Shown: positions 39,430-49,800 of the stretch, piece after piece
Layout of the letters: each line of letters starts with the position of its first letter
Position numbering within the stretch: the first letter of the stretch is position 1
Assembly (NCBI RefSeq): GCF_021869535.1
Contig: NW_026262690.1
Coordinates: 94,922,001-94,986,000 of the forward strand
Direction of reading: 5' to 3'
DNA from: Mytilus californianus
Taxonomy: Eukaryota
DNA length: 64,000 nt
Notes under the pieces: model-generated
What the model was told of the DNA's origin: nothing
What the model saw: the letters and a program-made list of their open reading frames with translations, nothing else
Database searches by the model: none
Program-made: the position numbers and the translations under genes

Positions 39430-39870
39430 AAATAAGCGGAAAATACCAAGGGGACATTCAAAACTTATAAGCAAAAACATCCTGACAATATTATTTACAT
39501 GGCAGAAAACGGAAGACGACGAAAAGACAATAATACCACAAAACACTAAATAGAAAACTAGAGACAAAGCATAACGAAACCCATTAAGAACTTGATATGA
39601 TCTTATGTCCTCCGGTAAGGTGAGCAGATCCTGCAAAACAAGTGGCAACCACCATGATGCTCATGCTCACTACAGATTTGGAGATAAGTCTTATTCGGTG
39701 ATGTCTCAATCGAGAAAAAGAGAAAAGATTGTTGTTATAACAATTTTAACATATCTGTTATACTATTAATCTGTGACACAGATATTTGTTAACAGTCAAC
39801 CAACTCGTTATTGAGCTTGTAAAACTTACGAAAAAAAATTTGAGCAACTTTCATCAATTACGCTCAAGAC
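39430..39870 (-). mobile_element. Degenerate family D Penelope-like 3' end (tail + ORF end) in the paralog 4 intron
   Basis: ATACCAAGGGGACATTCAAAAC...GGTAAGGTGAGCAGATCCTGC...AGTCAACCAACTCGT...GTAAAACTTACGAA is collinear with about 59000-59400. A second shorter tail lies at about 38985-39200. Confidence 0.65.
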
Positions 39871-39928
39871 CAAATTAGAGAAGCAAATTTCACAAAACAT
39901 TTTTTGAGTAATTTAAACACAACAGGCC

Positions 39929-40895
39929 TAATGCAGGTTTCACACTGTCCCAAAATTGACACCAGATGGCCACACGAATATGGATATGGGTTTTGATTTT
40001 CGCGCAAAGATGGTCCGGAACTTATTCACAAGCCTATCATCAGCCGAAGCAAGTACGATACATACAGAAATTCACACGATGGCACCCGAACCACACAAGA
40101 AGGCAACACAAAGATGTGAATTTTTATTACGATATTTATACGCAGGACACACGAAGGCAAAACGATGACTAAACGATGCGTTCGACTTTGGTCACGAAGC
40201 CATCACGAGACCTCCCGATGGTATAAAACATTCGGCCGACGGTGGGAAACTTAACTCAGTAACCTAATTTTTTGGTCCTTTATCTTTACTTTACAAGTTA
40301 TTTGAATTTCTATATTAAAGTTGTTTTCAATCAAACTGAATTCTGAAGAATTGTGATTGAAGCTTTGAGAGTTACACGCTCCTCTGTTCTGTACAGCTAC
40401 TAACGACTGTCCGCGAAAGATGCTCTGAGACTGGCGTATTATATGTCCACGTTACCATGACACATGTGAAACACTTGAGCTTCTAAAATTGGGTTGTCTT
40501 CGTCGACACCGTGGTCTCATCTCGATGTCATCGTACTATAAAATGATGCTTACACGACGGCATTGCAAGGGCTTCGCGTAGTCATGTTGACTTCCTAAGA
40601 CAACACTTCTTGTTTCTTGTTTCTTGTTGACCTTACGAAGAGCAAAATGGACATACGAATTCAACACAAAAATGATCCTTCGTAAGGTCTTTTGGACATT
40701 TTTTGGCATGCCAAATATTTTGCCACCGCTCACGAAGTTGCTGCGGAAGCCTGAAAACTTAATCGGGGGTCTAACGATGGCCTAAGATGCTCTCAAGAAT
40801 GGTCCGATGTTTTTACGATCACACCCAATATTAGACATTTCCTTTACCGTGTGTCCATCTGGTGTCGATTACGGGACAGTGTGACGCCTGCATTA
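39929..40895. mobile_element. 967-bp non-autonomous DNA transposon with about 41-bp TIRs (PIF/Harbinger-like TCACACTG motif)
   Basis: Left TAATGCAGGTTTCACACTGTCCCAAAATTGACACCAGATGG; right end reverse complement TAATGCAGGCGTCACACTGTCCCGTAATCGACACCAGATGG. GC-richer interior. Superfamily uncertain (TA or TWA flanks). Confidence 0.8.
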
Positions 40896-41297
40896 TATAA
40901 CACCCACTACTTATCTATATTATCAATCTTTTGGGTTGTCTTTTAGGGATAAACCCAGGTTAAACTAAATAACTCTTTAAATGAGTAATGTTTTTGTAAT
41001 AGAAAATGTCCACACTATCGGTTATGCATTCCTGTGAAACAAAGCTGAAATAATCTGTGTAACTGTGATGCTTATGATATAATAATGAAAGAGATTGATA
41101 CATAAGTTATTTTTACGAACTTTGTTCCTTGACCTAGGTCTACTGTCTTCACTTTGTATCTGTTGTCATATTTGCCCAGTTTGTTTGATTGAAATTAAAG
41201 CAAATAGACGGTATTCCAATGTGTACTAATTGTGCACCACTGCTGACTTGTTTTTGTACTCATATATAGCAAGAATAATACTGAACCTTCTCAAAGA

Positions 41298-41330
<33 letters not shown>

Positions 41331-41362
41331 ATTTGCATTAGTTCTTAACTTCATTTTCATTT

Positions 41363-41480
41363 TATATTGATAATGTTCTGTCACTCAATTACACACAATA
41401 TAATGTGTGCTTGAATTTCATATATCCCGATGAACTTGAGATTAAGGATACTACCGATATTAGAAAGTTAACTTCATAAA
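41363..41480 (+). mobile_element. Tiny Penelope-like RT remnant in the paralog 4 intron
   Basis: Translates YIDNVLSLNY...IYPDELEIKDTTD, matching YIDDVLSLNN...IYPIELEIKDTTD of family D. Confidence 0.7.
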
Positions 41481-41791
41481 TTGCCTTTACATATCTCAGT
41501 TAATATGTTATAATAGTTTATGTTTACACTACGGACGTCAGTAAAAGGGGTGTGCGCCTTACAAGAAAAGCTTCACACTATAGAGTTATGAGGAGGAACG
41601 ACTGCAATAGACACATCATAAGTTTTACTGTCACCATCACAAATATATCGATCAATACGATGTATCGTGGGTTCAACTCACTAGCGACATTTTTTCGCGG
41701 TCTTTGATCTTTAAATAACAGTTGTCTGATTTGATTTTTACCAAGAGTGACATTTCTACCATTGAATAACTTTGACGTATTCCTATTTCAG

Positions 41792-42179
41792 CTGCTACTT
41801 TGATGGTGTAACTGGACAGATATCCAACATTATCTTTACAACAATATTACTTTGTTTCATTTTGATAAGCAATATAATTCTTTACGTCATGAGCTTGGTA
41901 CGTATCTATAAAGAAGCACAAGCAATCAAAAAGAGTCTTGGAAAATCTTACAAAGCTTTGGAAGCATCACACAGAGCTGCCAAAACCATGTCTTTATTCG
42001 TTGCGGCATTTCTTGTACAGTGGTGGGCCATGGCGATGTATGGTATTTGGCAGTGGATTACGGATGTCCCGCAACTTTTGTTTAATTTCGTAACAACATT
42101 TTCAAATGTTGGTGGTATACTTAATGGAATAGTATTTATTATTATTATGAGAAGGAAACGTGTTGAGCTGGGCACTTAA
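41792..42179 (+). CDS. Paralog 4, exon 2; spliced product 312 aa, ORF intact but C-tail short
   Basis: Acceptor TTCCTATTTCAG|C TGC TAC (41791/41792). 551+388 nt = 313 codons including TAA. Intron 3355 nt. Confidence 0.9.
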
Positions 42180-43282
42180 AAAAAGCAGGACATCAAGGAA
42201 TTGGCAATTAAGCATGCAGTCATAATGCAACAATTAAGTAATCAATTGTAGACCCGTCTTAACTTTCAAGATAATTAATACGTGAATAATGAAGTTTTGA
42301 AATCATATTTTTTTTTATCATATATTGCAGTAATTAAAATCTGGGATAGTATACTATTTATATAGCATGAGTCCATGTATAAACAGACTTATAAGGTAGC
42401 GAAAGCAATCGATATCTCATTAACTCCAAACTGGGTGAGATCACGTGTGTCGGCAAAGAAAGTCTTTTATAATGTGCATACGTCGGTATGGCTATTTGTT
42501 GCAAACTGTCGAGTTATTGTTCATATGTACGTCCATTGGTCTTTCGTTGATAATTGTCTCATTGTGAGTCATACTACATATCATTGTTTTACATGCATCA
42601 CTCATCATACGATTTTAAAAGCAACATAGGGTACCAAAATGTTACAAATAGTGAAATTTGAAATAAACTTCTATCCCAATTAACTGTTTTAATACCAATT
42701 CCTTAATTTAAAGATACGACTGGTCATCATCTGCTGTTACAAACCATTTTGAATGAATGGCCCTTCTGAACACATCTATAAAAAAAGTATAAAGATACAA
42801 AGGGTCAATAAAAAAAAATACCAAGCCAAAGAATTTTAAAACAATATCATAACAAAAAGAAAAAAAAATACCAATAGAAAAACAATAGTCTACAAAACAG
42901 TTAACAGAATAACTTAAGATTATAGACAAAAACAACCATAAGTCGGTTTTAAATTAGTAAATCTAGAGGAATGAGCATATTTCTCCAATTATAGCCTTGA
43001 ATATAACTTAGAATGAACAAGGAATGTAAATTTGTGGAAATTGCATGAAATTCGTTCTGGGTTTGTATTGGGAACGACGCCAGGATACGGAACACATGCA
43101 TAAATCCTTCATTATACTTTACATTTTTGAATGGGTTTTATGTTGCTAAGTCTTTGCTTTTGTTTTGTAGACTATTATCCTGATTAAATGTCGGTTTGTT
43201 GTTTATCTTTTTTGCCATGATATTGCCGCTTTTTCCTACGACTTATAATTTTTAATGTCCCTTTTGTATCTTCTACATAAAT

Positions 43283-43770
43283 AAGAAGATGTGGTATGAG
43301 TGCCAATGAGACAACTCTCCATCCAAGTCACAATGTATAAAAAGTTAACAATTTTAGGTCAAAGTACGGCCTTCAACATGGAGCATTGGCTCACACCGAA
43401 CAGCAAGCTATAAAGGTCCCCAAAATGACTAGTGTAAAACAATTTGAACAGAAAAACCAACGGTCTAATCTATATAAAAAACGAGAAACGAGAAACACCA
43501 ATGAACCACACCAACAAACGACAACCACTGAACAACAGGTTCCTGACTTAGGACAAGTGCATAAAAATGCAGCGGGTTTAAACGTTTTAACAGGAGCCTA
43601 CCTTCGCCCTAACCTGAGACAGTAGTGTAACATTACAGCATAAAAATACACACTATAAAATATCAAATGGCTTAACTCGATCAAATGGCTTAACTCGATC
43701 AAAAGGACGTTTAAACAAAAACAATTAAACATACACTGAACGAATAATTTGATCTATGACACAATATAAA
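43283..43770 (-). mobile_element. Family A-related 3'-UTR fragment, with an 18-bp tandem duplication
   Basis: Near-identical to 24218-24355 over their overlap; ATCAAATGGCTTAACTCG x2 at about 43662-43697. Confidence 0.75.
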
Positions 43771-45569
43771 TACAATATTAAAACCTAGCTCTTATTTTTA
43801 TCTAGAATCTAATTTTTAAAAAGAATCTCGTATACTTTGTCAAGGACGAGATAGAACTTTTCGAAATATTGTTGTATCATTTTGGGACAAATGATTTTCT
43901 TTGAATATCTTATTAAAATCACGTGTATTCTTTGCTTTATATTCTTAATGTTAATGTTTTAACAAGTTTTTATCGTCCATTATTGATTAACAGAAAAACA
44001 CGTGATATAGCTTTCAAAACATATGTCAAATGATAACGAACAACAGAAACCTAAAATGAAATGAAATGCGGTATGATTGCCAAAGTGGCAAACATCCAAT
44101 AAAGACCAGAAGATAAATATTCTAATAGTTCATGTAATACTTTAACCAGCAGTTAACTTTCGAAGTTAGATACAACCTGTCAGTTCCACACTCTCATGTA
44201 AAAATAATTAATTAACTTTTAAGATTTTTAAACGATTATGGTAAAATTCTGTGATTCAGGAAAAAAACCATCAATTTCGACATAATTACTTAGGAACATA
44301 ATCAAGATAAGTTTAACTTACAATGGGGGTGTAAATAAGATGATGACCGTAAGCCAAACGTCGTACAAACACACACTCTTCACAGCCTATAAAAATGTCA
44401 GATATAGTTACTGACATACATAACAAAAAACTCATCAAAGATACCAGGCTTAGTCCTGAAAACATAACCTGGCTATTGCCACAAGAACATGTGCAACAGT
44501 CGGCCATAAAAATATTTTAACGCACGTTTATACTTTAATACCAAACGTCATAAAACAGACATACCGAATCCTCATTCATAGTTATTGTGGTGAAAAGCTC
44601 ATTCTGAAAACAGTCCACTGGTGCGTGAAATTTGCATTCAAGTTAGGCGACAATGACTATTTGACAAGATATCATAAACAACATCTCTACATTTTGATAA
44701 CCTATGTTAATCTTGGGATAGAAGGTCATTTTCCAAATCACAAAGCAACTGCGCTGCAATGAAATCAAACGTAAGTCTTGCCTACAGTAAAGCAAAGTCG
44801 AAGGCGAGACAAAGATTCAATAACAAATACTATCGGAACAACTGAATACCAATCGTCATATTTCTGAGTCGGTACATGCTTTTTGCAGAAAAAATTGTAT
44901 GATAAGACATATTTTACGGTCACTAGCATATCACATGCTTGATTACAGTTCCTTAAAAAGTCCCTCTTATGTAAGCGTTCGAAATAAAAAGAAAACTCCG
45001 ACAAAAATTTCAAAAAAGTCAGTTTTGCCCACGCTAGTCAGGAGAAGTATTATTCATGATTAAACAAATAATTTTGCTGTATTCATTGAGGGAACAAAGC
45101 TAAGAAAAATCGGGCAGCCAATCTCTTCCCTTTCCCTGCAAACGTAAACAACAAATTAAAAACACGAATGTTTCCTGTGTGAATTTTTATTTAATAAAGC
45201 TATGTAGATTTAAAGTATAAATTATAATTGCGTAAAACGTAGTGTGGATTTCTGAAAAAATTAGTCAAGGTTAAATGTGTACAACATGAAAATGATCACA
45301 GTGTCATTTGTTGTTGTTGTTTATGGAAATAACCGAGCAGTCCTTTAGAAACTGTATTGCTGCAACGACATTATTTTTAAATGTCAGATGTTAAAGGAGT
45401 CTAAGGATGGATATCCACCAATCACTTGTCAGGATATTTTTAAAAACTACGTCTTGAGAAGACAACCAAAAACTATATATAAGCTTTTCCCCCGTATTTG
45501 TACCGACATGTTAATATAGGAACATAACTTATAAGCGTTTTATCACAACAAAAGTTTTACATTACAATA

Positions 45570-46120
45570 ATGAATACAAGTAGTCTTGGAGAGGAAACAA
45601 CCACTTATGAAAACAGAATACAGATGAAAGATGGTTATGATTTACCAGTGTACGGAATCGCCGAAGGTACCTTTTACAAACTTCATGTACCAGCAATGGC
45701 ATGCATTTGTATAAGTTTTATATGCGCAATGTCAGTTATTTTTTATTCATTCTATCATCAAAATTGCTCTAAATTTTTCGAATGGTCAAAAAGTGAAAGA
45801 TTTGTGGTTTACATGGCGCTCTGTGACGCTCTTTTTAATGTGTCGCATTTTAGTGACCATCTTCACATTGTTGTAACAAAATCGTTCCCAACACCGAAAG
45901 GACTATGCGCTTTCTATGGATTTATGCTTGCTGAGTTTATAACAGCTCAAAGTTTGATGGTCAATATCGTTGCTATCAATGTTTTTGTCTTAATTTACTT
46001 TCGAAAACATTTGTATTTTGGAAGATGGGATTATCGGCTGTTGGTTTATATTTTTGGCGTCCCTGCAGTCGGTGGCATCATCGCTGGAACGTTGGACCAG
46101 TTTGGTCCAAGTGGAGCGTT
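45570..46120 (+). CDS. cAMP-receptor-like 7TM paralog 5, exon 1 (open)
   Basis: ATG 45570, MNTSSLGEE...DGYDLPVYGIAEGTFYKLHVPAM...HFSDHLH...GPSGA; ends TT|GTAAAT (weaker donor at 46121). Confidence 0.88.
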
Positions 46121-47103
46121 GTAAATAGATAACATTATTAATTGATTAAACAGCTTTATTTAGATTGAATACTTGACAACATTGTTTAGAATTAAGCAGA
46201 TGATTATTATTTAAATACGGTTGACAACTTCCTAAAATTTACATACACATTTAGTATTCATGCCTATTTTCGGTTCTGGTTCCATTTTTCTGGACGCCTA
46301 CTCGTTACTCTTTAATCTAGAATACCCAAACATTAAATAAAAAAAAACAATTGAAAGAAAGCAGAAAGAAATCCATACTAGCAATGATTCAATTCAAGTT
46401 TGTAATTAAGCTGTCAATTGATTTATTTTATCATTATTTTTCCTACTTTATTGATGAGTTCAAATATAAAAAAATTCAATAAAGAAAATTAAATTTTCTA
46501 AAACATTTAGAAGTACAAAATTTAACTCTTGCCATTAAAAAAAATATACTTTGATAAAAAATAATTAATTACGATTTATGTCTTCCGTAAGTAGAAATCT
46601 CGATAAAAGTGTTCTTAATACTAAGAGACATTTAGCATTACTTCACATTTTACATAAAGCATAACATCATATGACCGTTTGTCAAATCCACGTTTTTAGC
46701 TGATCATAGCAGTTTTTTGTTTAGTAAATACCAAATGTCGACTAAATTGCTTACGCACACAAGTTTTAGGATGATTTACTTTTAAGTAAATCGTACTTAA
46801 TATTTCCATGCAAAAAGTAAAATAACACAAACTCCAAGGAAAATTCAAAAGTGATACATCCTGTATGTATAAAAGGCAGTTTGATTTTTTTTTTATGAAA
46901 TAACGTATTAATAAGTCCAATGATTTGCACACTGTCAGCAATAAACACCATCATCCCGCCATAAACTGGATATTACGATAGCTAGTTCTTACTGTTAATC
47001 GTAAGTTTTCGAAAATCAGATATACATAACATAGATATACATAAACGGAGATTTATCCGTTTTCATACTTGTGAAAATAAAAGCACAATTATTTATTTTT
47101 CAG

Positions 47104-47581
47104 CTGCATGTTTGATGCTATAAAAGGGAAAACTACATACATATTCTTCACAACTGTACCGTTACTTTTAATCTTAGTTATAGATATTGGTTTGTACACT
47201 TTAAGCTGGGGTCGAATTTATCGAGAGACGCATGAAATGGAGGATTCTCTCGGGAAATCCTCAAGAGCGTTACAAGCTTCGCACAAGGCTGCAAAGACTA
47301 TGTCTCTTTTTGTAACAGCTTTCTTTATACAATGGTGGGCTTTGGCTGTGTTTGGGGTATGCCAGTTGATCGGAAATACTGCCACTGTTACTTAGTTTTG
47401 TGACGACTTTCTCAAATATCGGAGGTTTGCTAAATGGAATTGTTTCATTTTTATTGTTAAAAGAAAAAGCGAGAAAGTGGGTACTAATGGTTCGCTCAAA
47501 TCAGGATCTGGAGGAACTGGAAGTACCCCGATCCATTCAATTAGTCATTCAACACAGGCGATAAAAAATAGTGAAGTCTGA
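47104..47581 (+). pseudogene. Paralog 5, exon 2: frameshifted (pseudogene allele or assembly error)
   Basis: Acceptor TTTTCAG|C TGC (47103/47104). Net -2 nt at about 47377-47390 gives TAG at 47393-47395. TM7 (FVTTFSNIGGLLNGIV) continues in the shifted frame; a -1 nt at about 47443 restores the original frame to TGA 47579-47581. Confidence 0.8.
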
Positions 47582-47998
47582 AAAATAGTGAAAAGATGAA
47601 AGAGTTAACGAAAAGTTTTGAAGTTAACACTTTTGAATAGATTCATGATTCATATGTTTTAAACAAACTATTTTATAACCTATGATTTATATATAAGTTA
47701 AATGATATGACCATCTTTTACTATAACTTGAAGTCTACAGCTGAAGTATTATTTTAAAACGATAATGAAAAACAGCACTTTATCTACAAACATATAATTA
47801 AGTGCTAAACAGTAATCTTGGATTTTTTAAGGAATGAGTGTTTTTCTAAATGCTTAAAGAATGTAGATAGAGGTTCAATTTGAGAATATTCCTTTGATTA
47901 ACTTTACTAGGAGTAGATTAGCTGACCTCTCGGAATTTTGGGTCCTCCATGCCTTTCAACTTCGTACTTTATTTGGATTTAAAACAAATTTTATTCGA

Positions 47999-48041
47999 GC
48001 GTCACTGATGAGTCTTTGAAGACGAAACGCGCGTCTGGCGT
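47999..48041 (+). ncRNA. Type I hammerhead ribozyme with a fully canonical core (retrozyme-type fragment about 47925-48070)
   Basis: GCGUCA / CUGAUGA (48005-48011) / GUCU-UUGA-AGAC / GAAA (48024-48027) / CGCGCG palindromic helix III / UC, cleavage after 48035 / UGGCGU pairing with GCGUCA. Confidence 0.88.
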
Positions 48042-49169
48042 ATAAAATTGTAATCCTGGAATCTATAAGGAGTTTTTTTTTTTTTCAGTTTGTTCTTGTA
48101 TTGTTCATTCAAATCCCTTGCCAAGGATAGATGATCTGTTGAGCGTTTACTACATGTTAAATCAAACCGCTTTTTGCGTGTACTTGTCCAAAGACAGGGC
48201 TTGTAGTTCAGTGGTTGCCGTTGGTTGCTTTCTGACAGATTTATTTTTCGTTAATTGTTTTGTCATAAATCAAGCGCGGTGACCTACAGTTGATCACCAT
48301 CTACGTCATTTTGACTCTTGTTGCATAATTGTCTCATTGGTAATCATACTGCATCACCTTGTTTTTAAATCTAGATAACCAGAGTTTAGATATATTAATT
48401 TTAAGAGTCACAAAGTCACGTGATCTCAATAGTTAAATACGATATACTACAAGTTAGAGTTTGATTATAAGAAATCTTTGATACAATCAAGGTATAAACT
48501 TGACCGTAAAAAAGTTTCAAAGTTCTGCTCTGTTTTTTTAGTTATTAAAATAAAATTTCCGTATTCAAAATTAATCTTTTTCAAGATATAACTAACAAAT
48601 AGTAAGTTTGTAAGGTCATATGAAATGATTTGGATTATATTTCGAAATGTCATCTACTTGAAGGATTTCTTCCGGGTTATTACATAAGTTTATTTTTCAA
48701 AACACAAACAAAAGATTTAATTCAAAAGCATTTATAACAAAAGCGCAATAGTTTGAAGGACAATATTATAATAGTGGAAACCAAACAAAAGAACATCCTA
48801 TTGTAAACAATGGTGTAAACGAGAGAAATCTGACAAATGTCACTTGATTCCTATTTGAATAGATGTTTAAATATTATTGATATTCGCATATTACATTTCG
48901 AAAATAGTTTAGAAATGAATAAAAGAATAAGTAATACGCCCATTTTTTTGAATAAATACAAGTTCAAATACTCGCAAAGCGTTTTGTGTTTGTACCGGCC
49001 GACAAAGCAACCAACAATGTGGTGGTGGTATGAGCGTAAATACTACACGGAAGTCCTTAGGAATGAAATTATACATTCAACTACATTCAAGGCCGTACCC
49101 TCCACAGGGAGTAAATAGTAAATAATCATGGCACAACCACAGCTCAGCTTAAGGCCTCTTCTGAACATT

Positions 49170-49800
49170 TGAAGGTTCCCACTATGTATTGGTTACCTAA
49201 ACTACACACAAAAAAAAACTATAAAATGTCGTTTCATCTCGACCTCTAGTAAGTGTCCTACTACTAGAATTCACTACTTTTAACGAGTTCCTTAAAGAAC
49301 TGATAAATAATTTCTGTGATAAAACATGTGAAAAGAGTGGAATTTACCATTTTTGGAGTGTAAAAAATTCTTTGGATGTTTTAGATAAATGACGTGATTT
49401 TGATTCGGTTGACAGTTTTGACTTTTCCACTCTTTACACTACAATTCTAAACAATCTTATCAAACAAAAGTTTTTCTATTCAATTAAATGGTTGTTCGAT
49501 AGATCTACTTGCAAATTTATTTGCCGCAACTCATATAAAGCCTTTTACTCAAACGAGAAAGGTAAATATGCTTGATATACTGGAGATGTGATGAGATGAT
49601 TAAAGCCATAAATTTTCTCCTTGACAACATTTATGTACTTTTCGACAATAAAGTTTATCGGCAAATTGTTGGTATTCCTATGGGCACCAATTGAGCCCTT
49701 TTAATAGCAGACTTGTTCCTGTACTGTTATGAATCACAGTTCATGGCCAAACTCAGTAAAGACCTGTCTAAATTCCATTTAATTGATAAATTCAACAACC
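49170..49800 (+). mobile_element. Degraded internal Penelope-like RT fragment
   Basis: Manual translation: LKVPTMYWLPKLH...FWSVKNS...SFDFSTLYT...FLLDNIYV...QIVGIPMGTN*ALLIADLFLYCYE; several stops and frameshifts; ends just before the YxDD motif. Not in the ORF track. Confidence 0.85.

Noticed and set aside
41299-41329. A31 tract as the tail of a processed retrogene
   Set aside because: No AATAAA, recognisable element or TSD upstream; treated as a mononucleotide microsatellite.
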